A DNA stretch of 50,676 nucleotides from positions 4,048,513 to 4,099,188 of the forward strand of contig BFEA01000016.1 in the NCBI GenBank assembly GCA_003427395.1, written 5' to 3'. Positions 25,898 through 38,008 of the stretch are shown here, piece after piece. The DNA is from Chara braunii (lineage: Eukaryota > Plantae > Charophyceae). Both the position numbers and the translations under genes were made by a program. Positions within the stretch are counted from its first letter, which is position 1. Each line of letters opens with the position of its first letter. The notes beneath the pieces are model-generated. The model did not search any database. It saw only the letters and a program-made list of their open reading frames with translations, and was not told where the DNA came from.

Positions 25898-26854
25898 GGC
25901 TGGCGATGGTAGTCAGGGTTCCGACCATCAGGCTGGAGTACAGCGAGGTCTGCTCTCACCAGACGGGTAGTCATCAAGGCGGAAGTCTGGCGCGGAGCAC
26001 GTTCCTGAAGAAGAGCAGTTTTCGACCTTGTTCGTCTGTGTGTTCTTTGCCTGTGTGTGTTTTTTGCTCGTTCTGCATGTGTACGCTTGTCTGTATGGAT
26101 GATTGCAGGTGCACGGATCGTGAGTTTTCACTGAAGATGACGGTTACTGGGGTTCCTAAGCACGCGATGGCCGATTTTCTGATCGAGACATGGCGTGCCC
26201 TCCGTACTTTGGCGCTCCATGATGTTCGTATCGTAGTACCAGTTAGTCTAAAGGAAGAAAGGNTAGGAGTTGGATGAATATAAAGGAGACTAGGCTATGG
26301 AATGGTCTCCACAGTAGCATCGTGGTATTCGGACTTTGGGAAGGGGATTGTTGTTGCATCCTCCTGAAGAGTCTAATAGCGGGGTAGACGAAAAGCGTCA
26401 AGGAAAGGCCGCTTGACAGGGTTATATCTGTTGAGTTGGCAGTTTTTCAGCGGGATTCTCAGTTTGGATTTGATTCTCGTTGCTTGAGTATGCGTAGCGG
26501 AGCGTGTTGCTGGGTGTATCTGTTTCTCTCCGTTCTCATGCTGGATCGGTCTTGCCGGACCGTTTTTCTTCTCTCTTATCTGGCGCCGACTCCAGGGTGA
26601 AGTGGTTCCCCCTCCTCTCTAAGGCCCTGCTCAGTCAATCCCCTGGATTTCAGGGTAATCAATGCTGGCAGGCCCCCCCGCAACCTTTTTCGGATGTATC
26701 CCAACATTCAATTGTACATGGGATGCTGGACCCTTTTTCCAGCAGGTGATGCCCCCCACCAATAGATGGGACCTCCCCCCAGGTGCTAGCGGTGTCTGCT
26801 CTTATCAGCACCACTAGCAATGGCAGGGGTGTTTAAAAAAAAAAAAAAAAAAAA

Positions 26855-27947
26855 GAGATATCCAATCCCTCAACGTCAATGGGCTGGTCTCGGCATCAAC
26901 TCATAAAAAGGGGGCAATATGGGACACCATTTGCTGCGCAGGCTTGCCAAATGCCATTTGTATACAAGAAACACACTTGACACAGACACAGCCCTGGATC
27001 TGCCACGCTAATTCTTCCACCTTTCCTTCTGCCAAGGATCAGCCCCAGAATAGTATTGTCATCCAACACAGATATTCAGGATGCCAGGTTTTCCCAGAAC
27101 AAGCAGGCGCCCTGGTGCAGGGTGAAGAGGCATCCGCCCACCGCAATCCAACCTCTGCCCAGTCAATCCCCTGAGTCCTTCGGGGCAAGCAATGCTGGCA
27201 GAGAACTGTTCGGACAAATGTACTTGTACGCAAGGGACGCTGGACCCGCTTTCCAGCAGGTGCAGCTCCCCACCAATAGATTGGAGCAACAAGAAAATAT
27301 GCTAGCCAGGCGTGCTCTTATCACCCTTTCTAGCAGAACCTGTCCATATGCCTCTTATTCAGCCCCTGCATGGCCTCCAGCGGCGTTACACTTTCGTAAC
27401 CCCAGTCAACCAGACTGGTACCCATCAACAAGGCAACAATAAGTTGGAAGGGTGATGGGTTTATAGCCTCCTTATTGGAGGAGAATATTTTTGTGGTCAG
27501 TGTTTATGGACCTGATGTCCCCACAGATAGGGTTGGCTTTCTACATAATTTGTGCCCCTAATCACATCAGGAGACTTTTGCATAACATCAAATTCCCAGC
27601 TAGATCAACGATCATACGCAATAAGCACGCAGGACCAAGTAATGTTCCCCTAATCACAGCAGGAGACTTTAACAGAATATCAAATTCCCAGAGAGATCAA
27701 CAAATCATGCGCAATAAGCATGCGGTATCCCCCAGGCAGGATGGATACCTCCACAGCCCATCAACCATGCCAAATCAATTCAAGGCCGAGCTACACCTCA
27801 TTCTTGCCTACAGACAATTGAACCCCTCCAAAAGAGCCTACACATGTATCAAATCCAGGATGAAGCTGACCTGTCCAGTTCCAGAACTGATCTCTTCCAT
27901 AGCTGGACTTTGCTATGCGATCTGCCGCAGTTCAAGATAACATCTTC
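26855..27947 (+). pseudogene. Decayed LINE endonuclease, the target of LINE-C; its 5' part lies at ~14860-15064
   Basis: DIQSLNVNGL, AICIQETHL, ICAPN, ITAGDFN, AYRQLNPSKRAYT. Confidence 0.8.
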
Positions 27948-27962
27948 AACTGGTCCGTGTCT

Positions 27963-28175
27963 CTCGTCTTCGTCTTCTTCTTTTTTTCTTTTTTTTCTTT
28001 TTTTTTCTTTTTAAGAAAGGCGTGTTCTCATTATATGAACAAAGGAGGACTAGAATCCTTCCACATCTCAACCTGGAACGCTGGGCCCGATACCCAGCTT
28101 AGGCTCATACTGGAAAACGGGTCCAGTGTCCCATGCTTTAAAATCCCAACATGCTATTCCAAAACGAAATATAGA
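27963..28175 (-). mobile_element. Short retroposed tail (SINE-like or 5'-truncated LINE)
   Basis: 15-bp TSD AACTGGTCCGT(G/A)TCT (27948-27962, 28176-28190); degenerate poly(T) on +; carries the GGGACACTGGACCCGTTTTCCAG hairpin. Confidence 0.8.
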
Positions 28176-28195
28176 AACTGGTCCGTATCTTAGTT

Positions 28196-28214
28196 GTGTG
28201 TGTGTGTGTGTGTG

Positions 28215-28311
<97 letters not shown>
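28196..28311. repeat. (GT)n(GA)n compound microsatellite at a gap edge
   Basis: Direct inspection. Confidence 0.98.
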
Positions 28312-28901
28312 NNNNNNNNNNNNNNNNNNNNNNNNNNNNNNNNNNNNNNNNNNNNNNNNNNNNNNNNNNNNNNNNNNNNNNNNNNNNNNNNNNNNNNNNN
28401 NNNNNNNNNNNNNNNNNNNNNNNNNNNNNNNNNNNNNNNNNNNNNNNNNNNNNNNNNNNNNNNNNNNNNNNNNNNNNNNNNNNNNNNNNNNNNNNNNNNN
28501 NNNNNNNNNNNNNNNNNNNNNNNNNNNNNNNNNNNNNNNNNNNNNNNNNNNNNNNNNNNNNNNNNNNNNNNNNNNNNNNNNNNNNNNNNNNNNNNNNNNN
28601 NNNNNNNNNNNNNNNNNNNNNNNNNNNNNNNNNNNNNNNNNNNNNNNNNNNNNNNNNNNNNNNNNNNNNNNNNNNNNNNNNNNNNNNNNNNNNNNNNNNN
28701 NNNNNNNNNNNNNNNNNNNNNNNNNNNNNNNNNNNNNNNNNNNNNNNNNNNNNNNNNNNNNNNNNNNNNNNNNNNNNNNNNNNNNNNNNNNNNNNNNNNN
28801 NNNNNNNNNNNNNNNNNNNNNNNNNNNNNNNNNNNNNNNNNNNNNNNNNNNNNNNNNNNNNNNNNNNNNNNNNNNNNNNNNNNNNNNNNNNNNNNNNNNN
28901 N

Positions 28902-29950
28902 CCATCCTACCAGCTGGCCCCCTCACTAGTAGGAGGATTGATATCCAACCTTCTTCTCCCACTCATCTAGGCAAAGTTTCAGGAAACGTCTCAAACCCCC
29001 CCATCCATCCTCTTTACCTTACTCCGGCAAGACTTACTGCAGCAGAGCCACCATCTCTGCTGCTGCTATACCCTATTTCCATCCTACCAGCTAGCCCCTT
29101 CACTGGTAGGACGCTTGATATCCCGCCATCTACTTCCAACACCAACCAGCGTCATTCTGACCGCAGATTTATGAATATAACAGCATCTCGAGACCACCAG
29201 AAGCAACTGAAAGACAATTTTGAAGGTTTGGGTTACCAGGGCCATTACCCGGCTTTGGCAAAGAAAAATTGGAGCCAGATTAAGAATTACTATGACAAAA
29301 TTCAGAAAATACGCAAAACGCTTCAGAAAACCCCATCCATCCTCTTTACCACACTCCGGCAAGACTTACTGCAGCAGAGCCACCATCTCCGCTGCTGCTG
29401 TACCCTATTTCCATCCTACCAACAAGCCCCCTCACTAGTAGGACGCTTGTTATCCCACCATCTACNNNNNNNNNNNNNNNNNNNNNNNNNNNNNNNNNNN
29501 NNNNNNNNNNNNNNNNNNNNNNNNNNNNNNNNNNNNNNNNNNNNNNNNNNNNNNNNNNNNNNNNNNNNNNNNNNNNNNNNNNNNNNNNNNNNNNNNNNNN
29601 NNNNNNNNNNNNNNNNNNNNNNNNNNNNNNNNNNNNNNNNNNNNNNNNNNNNNNNNNNNNNNNNNNNNNNNNNNNNNNNNNNNNNNNNNNNNNNNNNNNN
29701 NNNNNNNNNNNNNNNNNNNNNNNNNNNNNNNNNNNNNNNNGAAACCCCCATCCATCCTCTTACCTCACTCCGGCAAGACTTACCGCAGCAGAGCCACCAT
29801 CTCCGCTGCTGCTGTACCCTATTTCCATCCTACCAGCTAGCCGCCTCACTAGTAGGACGCTTGATATCCCACCATCTACTTCCAACATCAGCCAACGACG
29901 TTCTGGCTTCGAACCACCATAGATCTATGAATATAACCGCATCAGAGAAG
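28902..29950 (+). repeat. Tandem array of a ~120 bp two-hairpin core related to the LINE-D 3' region
   Basis: ccggcaagactta.gcagcagagccaccatctc.gctgc...tcctacca...gtaggacgc at ~29023, ~29354, ~29768, partial at 28902; reverse-complement homologue at ~32095-32215. Confidence 0.85.
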
Positions 29951-30389
29951 CCCACAGTGAGTAGCAAGAACCCCCCAAAATCCTGAAGCAACCTCAAGAC
30001 CACCAGAAGTGACTTACACAAATCAACTTACTCATGAAAAAAAAGATCCAAATGGGATTATCTGGAAGCCGATATAACCGAAAACATGCTGCCCCAATGC
30101 TATCAACAGACTATCCTACGGCTGCCTCAACCCACATATCCAAGACACCAGGCTCTTCCAGGCCTCACACCCCTAACCGCTGGGTTACAGGGCGGCGCGA
30201 CCCACCCCAGCTCCGACTCGCGTCGTCCTAATACCAGCTCGCGGTTAGCCACTGGACTGCCTTCCACCCTCGACAGTTCCCTAGATCTCTCTACCAGGCC
30301 TCTAACCCCCGCATACTCAGGTTACAGGGCAGCGCAACCAAACCCCAGCTCCGACCAGCGTCGTTCTGGCATCGGCCAACCCTAACCTT

Positions 30390-30686
30390 ATGGACATGAT
30401 GGCGTTCCACACATAACAGAAAATAAATTAAAAAATTCAAGACTTCAGTGCAAGCTGGCTTGGGGGGGGAAAGGGGGGAAAGATGGGGAGGGTGGAACGG
30501 ACAGGAAGAAATGGGAAGCAGGGGAGAATTCGTGAGGGGAAAAGGCAAAGCAAGGACTATCGGTTGATCTTCCATGAGTGGACCAAGGTGGACGTCACAA
30601 CTCCAATGAGAACGATGAATGACTTCCCAGACCCCTTCCCTACTCCCTCTAACAGTATGGTAGAAATGGGGTGGTATGGGGGATAA
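30390..30686 (+). pseudogene. LINE ORF2 extreme C-terminal fragment
   Basis: KIQDFSASWLGG...DYRLIFHEWT...DFPDPFPTP...MGWYG, homologous to the LINE-B and LINE-C C-termini. Confidence 0.85.
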
Positions 30687-30988
30687 GGTGGAAGGAGGAG
30701 GACAGAGTGTAGACATGGGGAAAGGAAATTAAACAGACAGCAGGCAGGCACGGGATAAAGGAAGAGAGGAGCATAGGAGGCGCGCAGCGCGGTCGGGAGT
30801 GTTGTGCCCCACCCGCGCAGTCAGACCGAGTAGCGCCAAGCGGTGACATGCGGCGGAGCAGCGCGAAGTCGAATCAAGCTGCGCTGGACTGCAACAAGCG
30901 ACGGTGCGGTGCGGTGCCGGGGGGAGTGGATTCGGGGTGGTGTGAGGTGGAGGTTGAGAGGTTTTGGGTGAATGGATGATGATGGGAA

Positions 30989-31115
30989 GGATGGCGACAA
31001 GGGTGATGCATCGTGCGTAGAGGATGAGTCTACTACGAAGAGGCTGCTTGTGGATGGCGACAAGGGTGATGCATCGTGCGTAGAGGATGAGTCTACTACG
31101 AAGAGGCTGCTTGTG
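30989..31115. repeat. Perfect 63-bp tandem duplication
   Basis: ggatggcgacaagggtgatgcatcgtgcgtagaggatgagtctactacgaagaggctgcttgt present twice. Confidence 0.95.
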
Positions 31116-31684
31116 AAGGGCTGCGAAGGGTATGGGCTGCCAACATCATCATCAGAGCTACGAATGGTGGAGTGTCACGTGTCCAACGAAAGAGTCAAGT
31201 GATGAAGGGCAACGAAGGGCATGGAAGGTTTGTTCCCCCCCGAACTACCAGTGAGGGATTACTGGCAGGTTCGGTGGTTTTGTCTTGCTACGTGGCAAGT
31301 GAGGGGTAAAGTGAAGCACCAGTCCGTTAGTCCTTATTGTTCAGTCTTTTTTTATGGCCGAGAGAGTGGCCACGTGAAGGGTGAGTTGCCTTCGGGCCGA
31401 TAAGGGTGGGGGTGAAGGTTTGGGGGAGACAGACACATCATGATGAGAGGTCAATTTATATGTTTTGATCCATAGTTTTGCTCTCCGTGGCTTGAGTGAC
31501 CTCCGTTTTTTCGTTTTGATCTCGTTTTTTGGGAGGTAGCTTCAAGATAGTAACCCGATTTTGATTTTCAAATGATTGTAAATCCGATTCTTTGATTCTA
31601 ATCTCTGGTTTTTGAATTTAATCTTTTGGATTATCCTATTTGATTTTCTCATGACAGGTAGTTTTAGGTTTTTCAATTCTAATT

Positions 31685-32005
31685 TGATTCAAGACAGCGT
31701 ACTCATGAATGAATTCAAAATTTTGCGAATAATTCTCGATTTGATCCTATCATGTTGATGATCGTAAATCAGAGTTTCGCCTCTGGTCTCGAATAATGTT
31801 TTCTAATTTTTTAGATTCTCAATGAACTCATGAAGAATAATCCACAAACCTGATTCAAGACAGTGGGATCATGAATGATCTCCAAAATTTATTAATAACT
31901 TTTTATTGTTATTTTCATATTGACGATCGTAAATCAGAGCCTCGTCTTTGATCTTGAATAGTGATCTCTAACTTTTTAGAATTGCAATGGTTTCGTGAAT
32001 TTGTT
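31685..32005. repeat. Diverged ~165 bp AT-rich tandem repeat
   Basis: tgattcaagacag...catgaatga...gatcgtaaatcagag...gaata..tttttaga present twice. Confidence 0.8.
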
Positions 32006-32094
32006 GAATCTTGTTTTTCATGATGTTTCGACTCGCCTGAGAATGGTATTCTAGTGTTTTGTTGTTGCACTGGTCGTTGTGATACACTCCTGTT

Positions 32095-35000
32095 TGAGAG
32101 GGGTTAGTAGTGGGAGGGAGGTGACGCGTCCTACTGGCGAGGGGGTCAGTCGGTAGGACTGAAAGAGGGCATAGCAGCAACGGAGATGGTGGCTCCGCTG
32201 TGACAAGTCTTGCCAAAGGGGGGTCAGGGGGAGTGTTCGGTGGTTTGGGGGTGTTGAGCACGGAGGAAGCGGGGCATTTCGAAGCCTGTTTTAGCGTCTT
32301 CCCAGTGTATTGTTATCCTTGTTTGAATTTGTTGTTGTATGGTTTCTGTGAATTCCGACCCTTCCATCCTCACCCCTTCCATTTCATATGTGCATCGGCG
32401 CCTCCACAATGCCCATATCATTGCCCTGCGTCCCAGCTTAAAGATGTTTTGGGTGAAGGCATCCGCTTGTTCCGCATACCATGTTTCTAGTACTAGCGCT
32501 CTTCCCATGGCCAGGGCGTTGTTGTTTCTAGCTGATTCCACCCTGTCGCACCAGCGCCAAAGCCAAATTGCCCCTGGGCAATGCAAAAAGATGTGTTCTA
32601 TTATTTCTGTTTTTTTCCTAGATGGGAATGAACTGGAGCATAGCTTGCACCAAGGCAGAGCCCATCCACTATGTTCCAGGGTCGTCCCGTCTATCAGCCA
32701 TTCGTTAGTCAGTAGACAGCGGTGTCTCATTTGCCATTGGAGGGAGGCCAGTTTTGCAGGTTTCCTTTTGGCTAGCTGGAACCATTTGACACCTCGAAGT
32801 GATACTTTACTGACATTTGAATGCTTCATCCATCTAGCCTCTACCTGGTCTCAAAGGTTAGTTTTGGCGCGGAGCATTCTATACGTTGACTCGACTGTCA
32901 TGTTGTGTAAAGTTTGGCTGCTTCGCTTCCTCCTCCCGCCCGACATTGTCCATGACCACTCTGCCGGGTTGAGAGGTAACTGCGCAACCGGGGTGTGTGG
33001 AAAGAAGGCGACCCATTTATCTCCATCCATAAGCACTCTGGTTCTTGACAGTTCCTCTTTCCGTTAGCAGCGTGTCTCTTCTGTCGTGGGTCTGTGCAAA
33101 GTATTATCCCGACTTATTGTGAAGATGTCCACAATCACTAGCCCTTTTGGGCTGCAGCACACCACATTTCCCATTCCCCCCTTGCTGCCAGGAATCCGCA
33201 CCCAGTCTGATTCCTGTAGAGTGGGTCCTTTCCTTAGAATTTTCCACCAGCTCAGGGGGATCCTCTCAATGACCTCTTCAAGTGCCAACTTCGGTCTGTG
33301 GCTGTATCGTAGCTTTTGCCTAAGCATATCTCTGTCAATCCAGTCCATCCTGGTTAGATCCCATATATCACCTATTCTCAGCACTCCTCTCCTCACCCAC
33401 ACACGCCAAGGGGAGTCCGTACAGCGGAGGACCTGACCCCTGGTGTTGACAATTCTCCTATTGTCGAAGAGTGATTGTCATATTACCTCGTCCCATCTCT
33501 CTGGTTGGCTTTTGTCCGACAAAGGAAGGGTTCTCCATGTTTTCAATAGGGATGGCCAAAAGTGATTGTTCCGCAGGTCATTCCTTGCCTGTTTCCTTGA
33601 CGAGGTCCGCGGTGGGTTCTGGTGGTGAGGGTACTCTCTTGGTATTGGCCAGCCCTTGTTTTCCAGCCATGTTAATGGGTGGATTTCTGCTACTGTTTCG
33701 GGGGCCAGCCTGAAAATTTGTCCTAAGGCTAGCCCTTTCCATGGGGTATCGGGGCGAAACAGGAAGCGTTTAAGCCATTGTAGGGCTAGTGCTTTAGTTT
33801 GAAGCATTGGGTTAAGTATGCCCAGTCCCCCACTGTTTTTTTGTTGGATTATAGAATGCCATGCAACCCTGCCGATCACTTTATGTTTTTCATGGTCGCC
33901 CCTCCATAGGAACGCAGCTATCTGGCGTTGTAGGGGGCGGAGGACTGTTTGTCAAGCGCCCAGATGACTGACCTATACCACAGGGAGGCGAGCACCACAT
34001 TGTTGATCACCAAAGTGCGTCCCATCAACGAGGTGTGTTTGTCCTTCCATTGTGTCAACTTTTCTAAGGACGGTTTGGATATTCATTCATTATTCACTGT
34101 TGGCCTACCGTTCACTGATAGCGGGACTCCGAGCACCCGGATGGGGGCTTCGTTGGGAAGCCATTTAACCTTTGGCTTCTCCGGAGGCCTGACGCCCTGA
34201 TGGTGAATCCACCATCCCAGGGTTTGTTCCCCTAGTTGACTCTCATATCTGAAAGGGCACAATACTTTTCCATCATTTGTTGGACCTCCTCCATCAATGC
34301 ATGAGACACATCCACCATCAGGGTCAGATCGTCAACAAACAGCGAGCATACCGGAACTGCCTCCTCAGGAATTGAGGATATTTGGATTCTCTTGATGTTC
34401 TTGTGTGTCTGCAGATTTGCCACGAGAGCTTCCATCACTATCACAAAAAGGTATGGCGCTATTGGGTCGCCTTGCCTAACGGACCTCTGGAGGGAGATGG
34501 GCGGTGCAAGGTTACCATTGACCATAACTCTGGTTGTAGCGTTTTTGTGCAGGATTTCCACCCAACGCCTGAGGCGCGGTCCAAAATTGAGTTTTCTAAG
34601 CATTTATCAAGGAAAGTCCAAGCAACATGGTCGTATGCTTTTTCAAAATCAATAAAAATGATTGTCGCGTTTTGTTTGGTTTGCCTCGCGAGTTTGATCA
34701 CCTAATTGATAAGGAGGATGTTATCCTGGATGTTCCTGCCTTCAATGAAGCCAGTCTGGTCAGGATGGATGATGTCAGCTATTATCTTGGCCATACGGTT
34801 GGCCAGCGCTTTTGCTACCATCTTATAAGCCACCGTAAGGAGGGTGATGGGTCTATAGTTTCTAAGTTTGGTGCTTGGGTCTATAGTTTCTAATGTTGGT
34901 GCTTTCTCCTTTTTTTATATATAAGCGTCAGTACCCCTTGCCCTACGAATTCTCCCATCTGGCTTGTCTCCCACAGAGCATGATTGTAGTTCATTAAATC

Positions 35001-37310
35001 CTGGGAGATGCTCCCCCACTTTGATTCCCAAAACTCTTTTGGTAGACCATCAATGCCCGGGGTCTTTTCTTCTTCCATGAGCATCAAGGCTGTCCACACC
35101 TCCTCTTTTGTTAGCGGCATCTCCAACTGCTCTTTCTGTTGCGCTGTGAGTGTTCGGGAGAGGGGGATTAGGAACTCGTCTATTTCCTCCAATCTTTGTG
35201 CGTGTGGCCTATCCCCGCATTCCGATGCGAAAAGATTCTGGTAGAAGTCCCTTGCTATTTTTGTACATTCTACCGTTGAGATGTACAGCGGCTGAGTGAC
35301 CCTTATTGAAGATTGGGGTCCTCCAATACTTCTATAGTTATTCGTCTCACCTTTGTCCTTGCCATTGCAAAGAATCTCGCATCCATTGACCCTTCCATCT
35401 TATGTCTGTGAAGTTTTCCTCGGATCATGATGCCTTGCCATCTATGCTCCATGTGGCCGAGGATCTGGGTTCCCAGTGCATGTATTTCATTGGCCAATTC
35501 CGCTTGCCTGTCGGTGTCGTTCATTATCTCGTCTTCTTGTTGTTGAAGGTGTTGTAAGCGATTTTGTAGGTCAATTTCCTCTGTGTGGCGCTATGCCGCA
35601 CGGAGTCTTGAGTATTCATTGCACTTACGACCCAAGGAGGATAGACCGTTGTTGAACCATAGTATGTCATTTTGGATCTGGTCCCTTTGTTTTTGCCAAA
35701 AAGACCAGACGTCCTTCAGGTAGTTTTTAAAGCTGTCGATGACCAAGAAGGATGTATTGAGTTTGTAAAATCCCCTTCCCTGATCCGGTTTCTTCCTGAA
35801 GGTAAAGATGGCAAGGCACATTGCATGATCCAAACCTGGGTGGGGAGTGCGAGGGAATATCTCCACTATTTGTAGGGACCCTTTTATTTATTCAGAGACC
35901 AATATTAGATCAATGCACGACTTTGAGGTGTGCTCCGTTTGGTTCTTACGGTAGCACGTGAACTTGCGGCGGGACAGGTGTCTCAACCGAAATGAATCAA
36001 TGAGACTAAGTGATTGGGACAGGTCTGTGATGATTCGTTCGTCATTCTCCACATATATTGGGCATGATGAGAGGACCTTCCATCTGTCCAACCATCGATC
36101 GGGGGCAGCATTGAAATCCCCTGCCAGGATGATCGGGATTACCCCTGGTAGTTTGGGTTTCAGTTCTTCAAAGAAGTTTTACCACTCTCTGATGTCGTTC
36201 GGGGCGTAGACGTTGAGGATACTTACCACCTCGAGCTCCAGCATAGCGAGCAGATAGATCCACCTACCTTCTTCCTGGTCTGCCGACCAGTTAAGGGGTT
36301 CCACTCTTGATCCTGGGGGGAGCCATATGGCCACCCCGCCGCTGCCCGATCTCTGGGCGTAAGCTCTGTAGGAATGGCACGGCCAGATCTCTTTATGGGC
36401 ATGATTGTACTCTGGGTTGTTTAATAAGTGTGTTTCCTGTAAACATACCACATCGGGCCAATCCCTCCCCTCTACCCCTCTGAGTTGTTCTATAATCGCT
36501 TGCCGCTTAGATTGATTTGCTGAGGCAAGCCTGTTCACATTTCGAGATCGAAGATCAAAATCCGCTGCTCTCTTGGAGAGTTTCCACTATTTGTCCCGAT
36601 TATACAGCGTGTCAATAACATTCATTTTTGTTTCTTTCTTTTCTTTTGGTCTGTCTGCAGAGGCCGTTTAAAGGGATATCCACGGGTCTGTGCACAGCCT
36701 GCCCCCTCTACGCAGGGTTCCATTTAGAATGAGTTTTACTAGGAGTGACATGACTTCCACTGCGGACCATAGATCGCCGGCCTTTGGCCGTATGAGATGA
36801 CAAGCGAGGAGGTTGCTCCTGGTGGGAGTTAATCCTTTATCAGTTGAGTGATATATGATTTTAAAAGAGTGGGGCCTCCTCCTCAAGATGAGAGGGAGAG
36901 GAGGAGGGATGAACGCCCCTTAATTGTGACCTCACCATGTGTCGCTCCTGGTGGAATGGATAATCCTATTCCCAATGTCTTGTCCTTGTATCTGACTGGC
37001 TCCCAGGTCCAGAATCGACATTGTATTTTGAGGCAATTGCGAGTAGAGAGAGAGACTAGTACCATTTTGGCTGTTGTATCCTTGCTCGCTCGCTCTTCTT
37101 CTTCTTTCACGTGTGTCCTGGTCTTCTCCCTCATCATCTATGGTCATCTCCCCATGTATGATACCCTCCTTGCCTGTCCAAGTGATGGCAAAAGAGTTCA
37201 TGGTCTTAAGTTTCGACCCCTATGAGTCAGATTGGTTGTTTTCAGGCTTCTGCTCCATTGATTTGTTGTCTCTCTTCACATTGGTGATGCTTAGATCTTT
37301 ATTGATAGAC
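32095..37310 (-). mobile_element. LINE-D: L1/Tx1-type LINE (ORF1 3' part and full decayed ORF2)
   Basis: WPDVVCLQETHL, NVYAPN, LAGDFN, LDHAM, KTPGIDGLP, IDFEKAYDHV, VRQGDPIAP, LFVDDLT, GGLGIL, WCKLC..IEHIFLHC; no TSD found; boundaries approximate. Confidence 0.92.
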
Positions 37311-37312
37311 AT

Positions 37313-37572
37313 GTGACAATCAGGCTACACAGTCCTAAGCTGGGGAAAATGTACTCCCCCAACTTAAAACAACGAATCATCGCCCAGTCCCCTCATGGCT
37401 ACGGACATCTCATGCTTGCATACACTGTACTCCACAGGGACGCTGGACCCGATTTCCAGCAGGTGCCGCTCGCCGACAATAGATGGAGCCTCCTCGACAG
37501 TGTTAGTGGTGCCTGATCTTATCAGCACCCCTAGCAGCCGTTCGGGAGGGAAAAAAAAAAAAAAAAAAAAAA
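37313..37572 (+). mobile_element. Short retroposed LINE-type 3' tail with poly(A)
   Basis: gggacgctggacccgatttccagcaggtg...ttatcagcacccctagca followed by A22 (37551-37572); homologous to LINE-B and LINE-C tails. Confidence 0.75.
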
Positions 37573-38008
37573 CCTCCGAGCCTCATTTTCCCAAAACTGG
37601 ATTTTGCCTGCCACTGCATGATCGAGCCATTCTGCGGGTCAGGCCTGACTGCGGCAGCCGTGTGTGCGTGACATTTGCACCATAATTTGTTTGACGAATC
37701 GACTGGCAAAACTTTCTTTTTCTCAATTTCCTTTCCTTCTTCAGGGGCAGGTAATCTATGGCTATGTGTGATTTTCAGATTTTTGTGTTGATGGAGATGA
37801 GAGTGAAAAATGGCCAAAGTAGGGACACTTGAAATTTTGCCACCCCTCTCTCGGCCCTCCAACCTCCGGAGCCTTTCTGAGGCCCCGGTTAACCAGAGGG
37901 GGTTCAAACTCTATCGGTGGAGGGTAGCGGCCGTTTACGAAGGCCGTTGAACCGTAATAGGGCTGGAGGCTCCACAGTGTGACCGCTTCCGAAATATTTC
38001 AAGTGTGC

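Larger units (their letters stand above)
15065..26854 (+). mobile_element. LINE-C: near full-length L1/Tx1-type LINE (~11.8 kb including gap), decayed
   Basis: 17-bp TSD GAGATATC(T/C)AATCCCTC (15048-15064, 26855-26871); poly(A) 26835-26854; ORF1, EN, RT and CCHC in order. Confidence 0.93.

Noticed and set aside
28138-29986. 596-aa ORF and overlapping long ORFs
   Set aside because: Made of microsatellite and N-gaps
32339-33067. 242-aa plus-strand ORF
   Set aside because: Antisense shadow of LINE-D ORF2
34850-34905. 28-bp tandem duplication in RT
   Set aside because: Local slippage in a dead copy
37480-37550. HDV-like ribozyme suggested by GCCTCCTCG
   Set aside because: Core not conserved in other tail copies; P1/P2 pseudoknot could not be built by eye; HDV-like ribozymes usually sit at LINE 5' ends
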